From an uncultured candidate division Zixibacteria bacterium (GTDB lineage: Bacteria > Zixibacteria > MSB-5A5 > GN15 > FEB-12): a stretch of 64,000 bases of DNA. Below, in pieces: positions 18,871-28,781 of the stretch. The notes beneath the pieces were generated by a model. The model did not search any database and was not told the DNA's origin. It saw nothing but the letters and a program-made list of their open reading frames with translations. The stretch spans positions 1,984,001-2,048,000 of the forward strand of contig OY760907.1 of the NCBI GenBank assembly GCA_963664195.1, written 5' to 3'. The translations under genes and the position numbers were made by a program. The first letter of the stretch is position 1; each line of letters starts with the position of its first letter.

Positions 18871-21800
18871 ATGGTCTGTTCTGATTATCCTGCGAACCGT
18901 TTTTGCCTCGCGATAGTCCTGAGTGTCGTCTCTATTCTGGTTCTTGGCCTGCCGTCGGCAGCCCTGGCCCAACTGACGGCCGATGACATCGATTCTCTCA
19001 GGCAAGTGGCCAAGGAAAACGGATGGACGTTCACCATAGGAGAAAACCCTGCAACACAGTACTCGCTGGACCAACTGTGCGGGCTTGAAATGCCCGACAA
19101 CTGGCGAGATAATGCCCGATTCGTTACGATAACTCCGAGGAAGGACCTTCCCGAATCGTTCGACTGGCGAGCGCTTGGCGGCTGTACACCGATCAAAGGC
19201 CAGGGGTACTGCGGTAGCTGCTGGGCCTTTGCCACCGTCGGCGTGCTGGAGAGCGCGATTAAGATATACGACGGTGTCGAAGTTGATCTTTCCGAGCAGT
19301 ACCTTGTCAGTTGCGCCGTTGGATCGTGTGACGGCGGTCCGATCGCCCACGACTACCATCAATGGAGGACAGATGACTGTGGCGACTCCGGTGCCGTCCT
19401 TGAGGAGGACTTCCCGTACGTGGCCTACGATGTCCCGTGCGATTGTCCTTACCCTCATCCATATCACATTCTCGACTGGGGATACATTTCCGACGGCAAG
19501 TCTGATAAGGAGATTGCGTCGGTAGAGTCGATAAAGCAGGCGATTATGGACTATGGCCCGGTCTCGGTTTCGGTTAGAGCATCGCCGTGGATGGCGGCCT
19601 ATCGTGGTGGTATCTACGAAGCCTGCGAAGATCAACCCACGAATCACGCCGTCATACTGGTCGGCTGGGACGACAGTCAAGGTGACGAGGGCGTTTGGAT
19701 TATGCGCAACTCCTGGACGGCAGGTTGGGGTGAAGATGGGTATATGCGGATACCATACGGCTGCTCCAGCATAGGCTACGCTGCCGCCTTCATAGTATAT
19801 AACGAGGATCGGGACAGCGACGGTCAGCCGAATGATGAGGACAACTGCTCGTGGGTATACAACCCCGGCCAGGAGGACGGTGACGGCGACGGACTCGGGG
19901 ATGTCTGTGACAACTGCGAAACGGAGTACAATCCGGATCAGGTAGATACCGATGATGACGGCGTGGGGGATGCCTGTGATGACTGTACCGACACTGACGG
20001 CGACGGGTTCGGTGACCCCGGTTTCGCTGCCTCGACCTGTCCCCTCGACAATTGTCCCTCCCGCTACAATCCGCTTCAGGAAGACCTGGACGGCGACGGA
20101 ACCGGGGATTCGTGCACTTTCGTGACGGTCCTGGAGGCTCTGCCGGCACCGAGTTCCTCAAGCGTTCCGCAGGGGACCGACATTGCTTTGGTTTTCGACC
20201 GGCCTCTGGACGTCCTGACCGTGAGCGGCGCAACAGTCAGAGTCAGCGGCTCACAGTCGGGATTGCACGCTGTGGGACTGTCCTTTTCGGACATGAATCA
20301 GCGCCTCACGATCACTCCTTACGGCAGTTTCCTGCCCGGAGAGGTTGTGACCGCATCGCTTTCCCGCGAGGTTCGTTCGGACGATGGCTACCGACTGGAC
20401 AACGGATACTGTCTTGATTTCGTTGTCGAAAGCGGAGACGAGGGGGGTGGCGTGTTTGACGAAGTCTTGGCCATCGAAACCGCAGCCGGTCCCTATGCGG
20501 TGAACGCGGCTGATTTGGACGGCGACGGTGACGTTGATTTGGTCACGGCCAATCGGGAAGGTGATGCTATCACCGTGCTGCTCAACGACGGTCTCGGCAC
20601 GTTCAGCCAGCGGACCGATCTGTTTGGGATTATGGAACTGACCCACTATGTATGCACCGGAGACCTCAACGGCGACGGTGTCGCGGATCTGATCATCTGT
20701 ACGTCCGGGGATATCCAGGTGGCCATGAACGACGGCAGCGGTGGGTTTGGCGCAACGACCTCTTACACTTGCGGAGAGCTGGTGCTCTATGCTGACTGCG
20801 CGGATTTCGACGCGGACGGCGATCTGGACGTGGTCGTTGTCGAGAGCGAGGAACCAAGAGCGATTATCTGGGAGAACGACGGCTCCGGCGCCCTTCTGAG
20901 TCGGTTCAATTGCGGAGTTGGGACAGGCCCGCGAGTAGTGCTCGCTCGTGACTTCGACGGCGATGGTACTATGGACTTCGCTACGGCCAACGGCCACGGC
21001 AACGGTGCGTCTGTTTACCGGAATCTGGGCAACTGGCAGTTTGAGCGCGTTGATCAGTACTCGACCGGCGAGGACCCGTACGCGCTTGCCGCCGCAGACT
21101 ACGATCTGGATGGTGATCTTGACCTCGCTGTTGCCTCGCTAAACGGTCGGGACATCATAATGCTTTCCAACTCAGGCTCCGGTGAATTCACACGGACCGC
21201 CAGGTACTCGGTGGACGGTGGTCCGCGCTCGCTGGTGGCGGCGGACCTCGACGGCGACGGCGACCTTGACCTTGTGGCCGCCTGCCACACTTACCGCAAG
21301 TTCCTCTGCGTTTTGATAAACGATGGCACCGGGTATTTCGATGAACGTTCCGATATTCGGCCGGATGAGGAACACTGCTGGCTGGCATCGGCGGACTTCG
21401 ACGGCGACGGGGATATTGATCTGGCATCGGTTGCGTTGTTCGACAATCTGAACCTGCTGTTCAATGTCGAAGGCGATGAACCGGATACCTGCGAAATCCA
21501 CGTGCCGCTGGACTATCCGACAATCCAGGAAGCGATACTCGAAGCACGAGACGGCTGTCGGATACTTGTCTCGCCGGGCGTCTACGAAGAGAATATCGAT
21601 TTCCAGTTCAAACAGCTCAGGCTCCTGAGCATCGACAATGCGACGGTAACCCGTATTTATGGGGTTGAGGCCGAGACACCCGTTGTCACCATGACTGCCT
21701 ACGACCACCGACAAGTCGAGGTCAGCGGATTCACGATTACGGGTGGCGACGGTCCCGGCATCTTCTGCGAGGGTGTATCTCCGGTCATCAGGGATAACAT

Positions 21801-22617
21801 CCTGACCGGCAATCATAACATGGACGCGGACGGTGGTGGAATATCCTTGAAAAACACTCGCTATTCTCTCATAGAGAATAACCTCATCACCGGAAACTCA
21901 GCCAACGATTTCGGTGCAGCCATACATCTCGAAGAGGGCAGCCGGTCGGATACGATCCGATACAACACAATGTACGGCAACGATGGCTATGGTGAGATAC
22001 GGTGTTTGGATGACGTCTCCGGCCTGCAGATCATCAACAACACCATCATACCGTCTACTTACAGTGCTGTTACACACCAGGCAACGGGAGTCATGCACGT
22101 GTGCAACAACGTCATGGCCTTTGCACCGGCTGTTGCAATACGCGACGACGAAAGATTCTCCGGTACCGTGCTTGCGGAGTACAACTGCACTTTCGGCAAT
22201 GCGGGGGGATCGTACGATTTCATTCCCGGCGAAGGCAATATTGAGCAGGATCCCCGTTTCGTAGACACTGCGTCATCGGATTACTGTTTGCAGCCCCAGT
22301 CGCCTTGCGTTGACGCGGGCAATCCCGATCCGTTCTACAACGATGACGATGGCACACGCAATGACATGGGGCATTGTGCGGATGAAACAGCCTGTTGCGT
22401 CACTGTCGGAAACATCGATCGGTCCTCCGATCAGGCGGTGACAATGGCCGACCTGACTTTGCTGATAGACCATTTGTTCATCAGTCTGACCCCACTTCTG
22501 TGTTTGGAGGAGGGCAATATAGATTCCAGTACCGATGATCTGGTGACGATGGCGGACCTGACCGTTCTGATAGATCACCTGTTCATTTCACTGGCTCCTC
22601 TGCCGCCGTGTCCGTAG
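18871..22617 (+). CDS. Secreted modular papain-family (C1A) cysteine peptidase: C1A + TSP3-like Ca repeats + Ig-like + FG-GAP/VCBS repeats + beta-helix + dockerin-like domain
   Basis: QGYCGSCWAF, NHAV and RNSW catalytic motifs; DNC..YNP.Q.D.DGDG repeats; several DLDGDGDLDL; VPLDYPTIQEAI beta-helix start; duplicated C-terminal GNID.S.D..VTMADLT.LIDHLFIS. Confidence 0.9.
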   Translation: MVCSDYPANRFCLAIVLSVVSILVLGLPSAALAQLTADDIDSLRQVAKENGWTFTIGENPATQYSLDQLCGLEMPDNWRDNARFVTITPRKDLPESFDWRALGGCTPIKGQGYCGSCWAFATVGVLESAIKIYDGVEVDLSEQYLVSCAVGSCDGGPIAHDYHQWRTDDCGDSGAVLEEDFPYVAYDVPCDCPYPHPYHILDWGYISDGKSDKEIASVESIKQAIMDYGPVSVSVRASPWMAAYRGGIYEACEDQPTNHAVILVGWDDSQGDEGVWIMRNSWTAGWGEDGYMRIPYGCSSIGYAAAFIVYNEDRDSDGQPNDEDNCSWVYNPGQEDGDGDGLGDVCDNCETEYNPDQVDTDDDGVGDACDDCTDTDGDGFGDPGFAASTCPLDNCPSRYNPLQEDLDGDGTGDSCTFVTVLEALPAPSSSSVPQGTDIALVFDRPLDVLTVSGATVRVSGSQSGLHAVGLSFSDMNQRLTITPYGSFLPGEVVTASLSREVRSDDGYRLDNGYCLDFVVESGDEGGGVFDEVLAIETAAGPYAVNAADLDGDGDVDLVTANREGDAITVLLNDGLGTFSQRTDLFGIMELTHYVCTGDLNGDGVADLIICTSGDIQVAMNDGSGGFGATTSYTCGELVLYADCADFDADGDLDVVVVESEEPRAIIWENDGSGALLSRFNCGVGTGPRVVLARDFDGDGTMDFATANGHGNGASVYRNLGNWQFERVDQYSTGEDPYALAAADYDLDGDLDLAVASLNGRDIIMLSNSGSGEFTRTARYSVDGGPRSLVAADLDGDGDLDLVAACHTYRKFLCVLINDGTGYFDERSDIRPDEEHCWLASADFDGDGDIDLASVALFDNLNLLFNVEGDEPDTCEIHVPLDYPTIQEAILEARDGCRILVSPGVYEENIDFQFKQLRLLSIDNATVTRIYGVEAETPVVTMTAYDHRQVEVSGFTITGGDGPGIFCEGVSPVIRDNILTGNHNMDADGGGISLKNTRYSLIENNLITGNSANDFGAAIHLEEGSRSDTIRYNTMYGNDGYGEIRCLDDVSGLQIINNTIIPSTYSAVTHQATGVMHVCNNVMAFAPAVAIRDDERFSGTVLAEYNCTFGNAGGSYDFIPGEGNIEQDPRFVDTASSDYCLQPQSPCVDAGNPDPFYNDDDGTRNDMGHCADETACCVTVGNIDRSSDQAVTMADLTLLIDHLFISLTPLLCLEEGNIDSSTDDLVTMADLTVLIDHLFISLAPLPPCP

Positions 22618-22651
22618 CGAGCGGGCTGAGGCTAATCGTACGGCTACCGAC

Positions 22652-22702
22652 GGGTCCCCTTGACCGAAGCCCGGTCAAGGGGACCCTCCTGCGTTATTTT
22701 TC
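22652..22702 (+). terminator. Strong stem-loop, probable terminator
   Basis: GGGTCCCCTTGACCG/CGGTCAAGGGGACCC 15-bp stem; T-rich tract a few bases downstream. Confidence 0.7.
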
Positions 22703-22920
22703 CTTTCGTTACGCTCCGCAACCTTGTATATATCACTTGGACGGGGCACGGATGAATGTATCTATCATCCTGCGGGCACACCACATCCTGAGATTTCGCA
22801 TGAGCAGTAGGTAGGAAGACGCAACGTCGTCGGGGCAAAGAGCAAAACTCTCCTACCCAAAGAACTTATGTCTGTTACCTGGATTCTCCCGGTCGATGCC
22901 GATCGGACGGGTACGGAGGT

Positions 22921-25074
22921 GTGATGAAAACCGAGAAATCGTCTGTCGGTTCACGGCAGCATTTGACAATCCGGAAGAGAGCGGAACGGGTGCTTGCCGG
23001 TGGGGGAGCGACGGATAGCACGACCGCGCCGGACGAGGTGCTGGAACTGATTCGTGACCTGTGCAGGCACCACGACGATCTGATGGCCGTCGCCGGGCAG
23101 CTTGACGACGATCCGGCTCCGTCCGACAGTGAAGCGACGCCCCTGAACAAGACCGTATTGCTGCAGGTGCTGGATAGAGTCCCCGTCATGGCTGCGGCAA
23201 TCTCCAGCGGGGGCATTGTTTCCTGTTGGAATAGAGAATGCGAACGAGTCTCCGGATACTCCCGCGAGGAAATAGTCGGCGTACCGGATGCCCTGGAGAT
23301 GCTGTATCCCGATCCGGCGGTAAGTAGCGAAATACGATCAAAACTTCTCGCCGGAGACGTCAGTTTCTCCGATTGGGAGATGGAACTGGCCTGTCGAGAC
23401 GGGAGCCGCAGGATCATCTCCTGGGCAGGGGTTGCTCACGAGTTTGAGCCTGCCGAGTGGGACTACTGGGCTGTTGGTGCAGACATCACTGAGAGTCGTG
23501 ACACAGAGCAGAAACTGCGGCTGGAGATTGAAAGGGCAAGGACTTATTTCGATGCCGCCCGGACCCTGTTTGTCGTGATAAACGCAGATCACTCGATAGT
23601 GGCTATCAACAAGGCTGGCCGTGAGGCACTGGGCTGCGAGCAAAGCGCTATCATCGGCCGCAATTGGTTTGAGCGATTCGTCCCTCATGCGGATCGAGTC
23701 GATGACGTTGCCGTATTCAACGGTCTTCTGTCCGGCAAGACAGAATCCGACGGCCGCTTCGAGAGCCGGATAATCACAGACCGTGGCGAAGAGCGGGATA
23801 TTGCCTGGCAGCACAGTGTACTCTGGGCGGACGACGGGGAGATAACCGGTATTCTGAGTTCCGGTGAAGACATCACCGACCGGAAAAAAACCAGACAGGA
23901 CCTTCTCAGCTCCGAGGAACGATATCGCTCGCTTCAGGACAACCTTCCGTTGGGGATATTTCGTTCTACTCCCGAAGGCAAGATAGTTACAGCTAATCCC
24001 GCAATGCTGGAGATGTTCGGATTTGAATCTGAAAAGGAAATACTGGCAGCCAGAGCTTCAGACTACTACTGCGATCCGACAGCTCGCGATCGCATGCTTG
24101 AACGACTCTCGAAAGAGGGGGCTGTCACTAACTTTGAGTGTGAATGTCGCCGGAAGGACGGTAGCACTTTCTGGCTGTCGTCAAGTCTGCGAGCGACTTT
24201 TGACGCGAATGGTGAGGTGCTGTTTTTCGACGGGATCGACAAGGACATTACGGAACGCAAACGGGCCGAGGAAGCCCTCCGTCGCAGCCAGGAGTACCTT
24301 CGCCGTCAATTCCAGGCGATTCCCGTCCCAACCTATACCTGGACAAGAAACGGAGAGGATTTCGTACTCAGCGATTTCAATATCGCAGCCGATCAGTTCA
24401 CCGGGGGCGTAGTCCGGCAATACCTGAAATCCCCGCTGAGCAAGGCCTTCTCCAGTGCGCCTTGGCTCATTGATGATGTATGGAACTGCTTGAACGGTCA
24501 GGAAAGCCCGCACCGTGAAGTCATCTGCGATCTCATGTCAGCCGGGGAGAGACACCTTGAGGTCACCTACGCCTTGATTCCGCCCGAGACGGTGATGGTG
24601 CACACCAGAGATATCACCGAGCGGGCGGAAGCTGCGGACGCTCTGACTTCAAAGAATATCGCTCTTCGCGAAGTGCTCAGCCAGGTCGAGGCCGAAAGTG
24701 AGAAGATACAGAAGGCAATCAAGACTAACATGGAAAAGGCGGTGGCACCTAAACTCCGAGCCTTGATGCAAGTCGTTCAGCCTCCCGAATCCTGTCTGCT
24801 GGAGCAACTGGACAAGGATCTCAAAGACCTGGTGTCGCCGTTGATGTCGAGACTGGAAACTGAGTTCGCCTCCCTGACGCCGCGTGAGATGGAAACCGCC
24901 GGCATGATTCGAAACGGGATGTCATCGAAGGAAATCGCCGGGGCGCTTCATCTTTCGGTGGAGACTGTCCACAAGTTCCGCCATCACATTCGAAAGAAAC
25001 TTGGGCTGACCAACGAGGAGGTCAACTTGGCCAGCTATCTTCGCTTTCTGGACCAGAGACGCATCTCCGGTTAA
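22921..25074 (+). CDS. Multi-PAS domain LuxR-family transcriptional regulator (one-component)
   Basis: About four PAS/PAC repeats ending DITE/DITD; C-terminal LTPREMETAGMIRNGMSSKEIA..LHLSVETVHKFRHHIRKKLGL. Confidence 0.9.
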   Translation: MMKTEKSSVGSRQHLTIRKRAERVLAGGGATDSTTAPDEVLELIRDLCRHHDDLMAVAGQLDDDPAPSDSEATPLNKTVLLQVLDRVPVMAAAISSGGIVSCWNRECERVSGYSREEIVGVPDALEMLYPDPAVSSEIRSKLLAGDVSFSDWEMELACRDGSRRIISWAGVAHEFEPAEWDYWAVGADITESRDTEQKLRLEIERARTYFDAARTLFVVINADHSIVAINKAGREALGCEQSAIIGRNWFERFVPHADRVDDVAVFNGLLSGKTESDGRFESRIITDRGEERDIAWQHSVLWADDGEITGILSSGEDITDRKKTRQDLLSSEERYRSLQDNLPLGIFRSTPEGKIVTANPAMLEMFGFESEKEILAARASDYYCDPTARDRMLERLSKEGAVTNFECECRRKDGSTFWLSSSLRATFDANGEVLFFDGIDKDITERKRAEEALRRSQEYLRRQFQAIPVPTYTWTRNGEDFVLSDFNIAADQFTGGVVRQYLKSPLSKAFSSAPWLIDDVWNCLNGQESPHREVICDLMSAGERHLEVTYALIPPETVMVHTRDITERAEAADALTSKNIALREVLSQVEAESEKIQKAIKTNMEKAVAPKLRALMQVVQPPESCLLEQLDKDLKDLVSPLMSRLETEFASLTPREMETAGMIRNGMSSKEIAGALHLSVETVHKFRHHIRKKLGLTNEEVNLASYLRFLDQRRISG

Positions 25075-25495
25075 CGCCCCCAACTGCCACTTCGCGCGTG
25101 GAGTTGAATTGCACAATGCCTTACTGTCTCCAATGGGTACGAAATATACCCGATACCTACTCAAATATCCCTTATTGTACTAAATGCATATTATTGCAAT
25201 ACTGAAAGCGTTACGAGAGGTATTCTCATCTCCCCTCTCTCGTGTCGTGCGAGTAGTTGCCTGACGCCACGAGCGTTCGGTGGACTAAAAATGTCCGGGG
25301 GCAGATTTTGGACATTGATTGTCGAATTTCGCGCGAGTACGCTATCTGATTGCGCCTGTACAGCGATATTGACTGTCAGGGCAGGGGCGTTGCCCTCTCC
25401 GCCAGCTGAGCACACAAGCAGGAATGACGGTGCCTGACCGGCACCGGATCAGGAATGTCAGCGGTGAACATAGAGCGCAAGAGAGGTAGGAGATC

Positions 25496-25747
25496 ATGAA
25501 GTCACGTGCCGGACGTCTGGTGGCGCTGATTAAGCTGATGGAGCAGGGGGAGCGATTCACTGCTGCCGCCATAGCGCAAGTATTCGGTGTGACCGAACGT
25601 ACACTTTATCGAGATATGAAATTCCTTCGTCAGATGGACGTTCCCGTGTATCATCGCCGGGGCCAGTATCACCTCGATCGCGAACTCTGGGCCGTGTGGG
25701 GCAGACGAGAACTCGAACAGGCTGTGTCGAGTTCGTTTCGGTCCTAA
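25496..25747 (+). CDS. Stand-alone HTH_11 (YafY/WYL-regulator-type) helix-turn-helix protein
   Basis: RLVALIKLM..TAAAIAQVFGVTERTLYRDMKFL..MDVPV; strong RBS; no WYL domain. Confidence 0.8.
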   Translation: MKSRAGRLVALIKLMEQGERFTAAAIAQVFGVTERTLYRDMKFLRQMDVPVYHRRGQYHLDRELWAVWGRRELEQAVSSSFRS

Positions 25748-25970
25748 GCGCAGACCGGGCGGAGGGGGGCTTCGTCTGGGTAGATGTGCCTTCGAAGTAG
25801 CTGGAAACGTTCTTGCTGTCGGGCCTCGCGGGATGATTGCTGTTCCGTGAGGCCTTTTATGTTGCCGTCATCGCCGTCTTTTGTCCGTTGTCGCCAGCTA
25901 CTCTTTGGTCTTGTCAAGCGACAGGCTCAGGCCTATCTTCCTCGTTCATACACCAATCATTGGAGTGCCC

Positions 25971-27479
25971 ATGCCACGGTTCCTCAGGGACCACCCTCTG
26001 CTTTCTGTTCTGCTCGTTGCCGGTCTGTTGCGGCTGATTGCGGTCCTGTTCTCCAGGGGATATATGGCCTCTGACGACCACTATGAGACGATTATGGTGG
26101 CCTACAACTGGCTGGTGTACGGCTTTTTCTCCGACGACGGCCAACTGCTCTGGCGCGATCAGGTAATCCGTGAGATCACCCGGTTTCCCCTCTACACGAT
26201 GGGACTTCACGCCGTCATGCGATGCTACTATCTGTGTGGAGTCGACTCGCTGGACACAATGATGTACGGCGTCCGGGCAGCTCACGCATTGCTGTCGCTC
26301 ATCTCGGTATGGGCAGTGTACAGAATAGTGGAATTAGTCACGAAGTCTGCGAAATGGGCTGTGGCAGCCGGACTGATTATTGCCGCCCAGGGATTGATGC
26401 CGTTTTTGTCCGTGCGGGCGCTGATCGAGGTGGTCGGCGGGCACTTTCTGATTCTGGCTGTGTACCTGATTTACCGATATCGTTACTTCGACAAGGATAC
26501 TCGACTTCTCTTCTGGGCGGGAGTTCTCACCGGACTGGCCTGGATGATCCGTTTCCAGATCGCGCTGGCCGTCTTGCCGGTGCCATTGATCCTCTGGTGG
26601 GACGGTCGTCGGTTGAAACCTCCGCTTCAGTATTGTGCGGGTATTGCGGTCATGATCCTGGCTTCCGGATTGGCCGAGTACTTCTTTCTCGGGGAACCGT
26701 TTGTCTCGACCGTCAATCTGCTGAGCGGATTCTTCCAGAAGGGAGAGGCGATGTACCACACGTCGGACTTCATATACGCTGGCGTGCTGGTCGGTTTCTT
26801 CATCCCGCCGTTTTCACTGATCGCGTTTGGTTTGTGTGCCGTACGAGGCTTTTGGCGAGAACACAAATTGCTGATCGTCATGACGCTCTCGTTTGTGCTG
26901 CTGCACACGGTTCTGACCAATCGTCAGGAACGGTTCATGATTCCGATCATTCCGGTGGTGACCGTCATGCTGATGCTGGCGCTGCATCAGCACTACAAGG
27001 CAGGCGGTTGGTTTTTCAGGTGGAAGGCGCTCTATATTCCCGTGATAGGATTGTCGTTGATCGTGAACCTGTTCTTGCTGGGCGTGTTTACGGCCAATTA
27101 CGGTCACAAAGGACTGGTCGAACCACTGGTGCGTATGGAACGCGTTAATCCCCGTCCACGAGCGGTTTTTGTCTCACCTGAGAGAGGACAGATATACCCG
27201 TACTATTATGCCGGTGCTCAGCCAATCAGGAGACTCTGGATCAAGAAATGGCCGGATCTGGCCGCCTACGAACCGGATCCGGCAAGGCAGGACTACTTTT
27301 GCCTGTACGCTCCTCACGAAGCCGATCTTTCCCGATATGTCGACAGCCTGGAGCTGCACGTTGGCTCGGTGAGGGAGGAGTTCCACGTGGGACCATCGAC
27401 GGTGGACTGGCTGCTAAACAAGATCAATCCGAAATACAACCCAACTCACGAGGTCTGGGTGTACCGGCTGGTGGAGTGA
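25971..27479 (+). CDS. GT-C membrane glycosyltransferase (Alg9/PIG-B-like or GT39 mannosyltransferase)
   Basis: GYMASDDHYE loop, multiple TMs, IRFQ, and RQERFMIP resembling the HKE.RF motif of Alg9/PIG-B. Confidence 0.7.
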   Translation: MPRFLRDHPLLSVLLVAGLLRLIAVLFSRGYMASDDHYETIMVAYNWLVYGFFSDDGQLLWRDQVIREITRFPLYTMGLHAVMRCYYLCGVDSLDTMMYGVRAAHALLSLISVWAVYRIVELVTKSAKWAVAAGLIIAAQGLMPFLSVRALIEVVGGHFLILAVYLIYRYRYFDKDTRLLFWAGVLTGLAWMIRFQIALAVLPVPLILWWDGRRLKPPLQYCAGIAVMILASGLAEYFFLGEPFVSTVNLLSGFFQKGEAMYHTSDFIYAGVLVGFFIPPFSLIAFGLCAVRGFWREHKLLIVMTLSFVLLHTVLTNRQERFMIPIIPVVTVMLMLALHQHYKAGGWFFRWKALYIPVIGLSLIVNLFLLGVFTANYGHKGLVEPLVRMERVNPRPRAVFVSPERGQIYPYYYAGAQPIRRLWIKKWPDLAAYEPDPARQDYFCLYAPHEADLSRYVDSLELHVGSVREEFHVGPSTVDWLLNKINPKYNPTHEVWVYRLVE

Positions 27480-27558
27480 GTCTTTGTAGCGAAGGTCACC
27501 GCCATGAGTGGCTGTTATCAGACCTGCGATTGCCCGCGCAGCGGCTCATCAGAAGATA

Positions 27559-27585
27559 GTAAGTCGAAACTCCTGTAGTTTCGAC
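27559..27585. repeat. REP-like short palindrome, copy 1
   Basis: GTAA-GTCGAAACT-CCTGT-AGTTTCGAC between convergent genes; 19/23 identical to the copy at 31109. Confidence 0.5.
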
Positions 27586-27593
27586 GATAGCGA

Positions 27594-27977
27594 TTACTCG
27601 TCCGCTTTGTACAGCCAATCCTTCGTCATGAACTCCCCTTGGTGACCGTCGGGGTCAAAGAAATACAGACTGCGGTGACCGTCGGGCCACTTGTGTTCGT
27701 CTGGCTGGAGCCCCAGATCGGTCAGCTTCTGGCGATACTCGTCGTACTCTTCAGGCTTTATCTGGAAAGCGAAATGCAGATGCCGTGCGCCACGGCCGTC
27801 GAATAATCCCTCTGTTCCCTGTTTCCAGAGACCGAACGCGGTGCCGTCTTCGAGGACAAGGGCAACTACATCACCGTCATTCCACGCGGCAACTCGCGCA
27901 ATGGGCAGCAGTTGTTTGTAGAACGCGACGCTTCTCTCGACGTCTTCCACTTCGATGTGTAATTCCAGGATTCTCAT
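27594..27977 (-). CDS. VOC/glyoxalase family protein
   Basis: LHIEVEDVERSVAFY, HLHFAF, RSLYFFDPDGHQGEF. Confidence 0.9.
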   Translation of the reverse strand: MRILELHIEVEDVERSVAFYKQLLPIARVAAWNDGDVVALVLEDGTAFGLWKQGTEGLFDGRGARHLHFAFQIKPEEYDEYRQKLTDLGLQPDEHKWPDGHRSLYFFDPDGHQGEFMTKDWLYKADE

Positions 27978-28162
27978 ATCAACCCCGGTTTGGGACACGA
28001 CTTGAAACGGACGCATACGTAATGCGACGATTGGTGTACTAGCAGGATTGCTACGATTCTGCGATCGCTGAGTCTGGCTGAAATCAGGTGTACATTGGCC
28101 GAGTGCATGGCCCTTGCACCGGGTCGGGTGTTTTGGACCCCAATACCCTTACATGCCAAAGA

Positions 28163-28531
28163 TCAATTGTCGACGTACTTGCCGAGCACACCTTTCATCC
28201 GCGACGTCATCTTGTTGTTGGTCAGCACCTCGGTGGCACCGGCCTTAACCGCGGCCGTCATTTGATCGGCCATGACATGCGGTGAATAACAGACAATAGG
28301 AATACCCATCGTCGCCTTGTAAGAACGGAGCTTGTTAATCAGCGAGGGTGCCTCGATGCCATTCAGATTCAGATCAATAATGATCAAATCCGGATTTAGC
28401 TCCTGAGCCTTGGTGAAGATGTCGTCTGAGCGAATCGCCTTGATCCCTTCAGCCTCGTAGTTGTCCAGAACGGACATTATCTTCGAGGTGAAGATCATGT
28501 TGTTGACGGCCAGTATAACTTTCTTATTCAT
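28163..28531 (-). CDS. Single-domain atypical response regulator
   Basis: PDLIIIDLN, AVKAGATEV; the acidic pair is replaced by NN and the KP motif is absent. Confidence 0.75.
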   Translation of the reverse strand: MNKKVILAVNNMIFTSKIMSVLDNYEAEGIKAIRSDDIFTKAQELNPDLIIIDLNLNGIEAPSLINKLRSYKATMGIPIVCYSPHVMADQMTAAVKAGATEVLTNNKMTSRMKGVLGKYVDN

Positions 28532-28781
28532 AAAAACTAAAAACCCTCCCGCACAAATCCCTTGCTCAGAAAATCCATTCCATGCGGACGTACAATATAC
28601 AAAATTCTGGATCAAAAGTGAAGCGATTACCGAAATTAAACGCTGGACAGTCCGCAATTGTGTCTAACCCGTTGTCGTACAACACTAACACCATGTGTGT
28701 CATCTCGTCCCTTATACACACTTGGGCACCATAAGTCCGTTTTTTGTTGATTTGCGCCATTTTGGCAGATACCAACAGTCC

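Noticed and set aside
18532..18900. tRNA-Leu as the integration site of an island or prophage
   Set aside because: No integrase, phage genes or duplicated tRNA 3' end seen in the window
22810..22858. Possible riboswitch (GGTAGGA/TCCTACC stem with internal hairpins) before the PAS-LuxR gene
   Set aside because: Short stems and no match to a riboswitch consensus I can recognise
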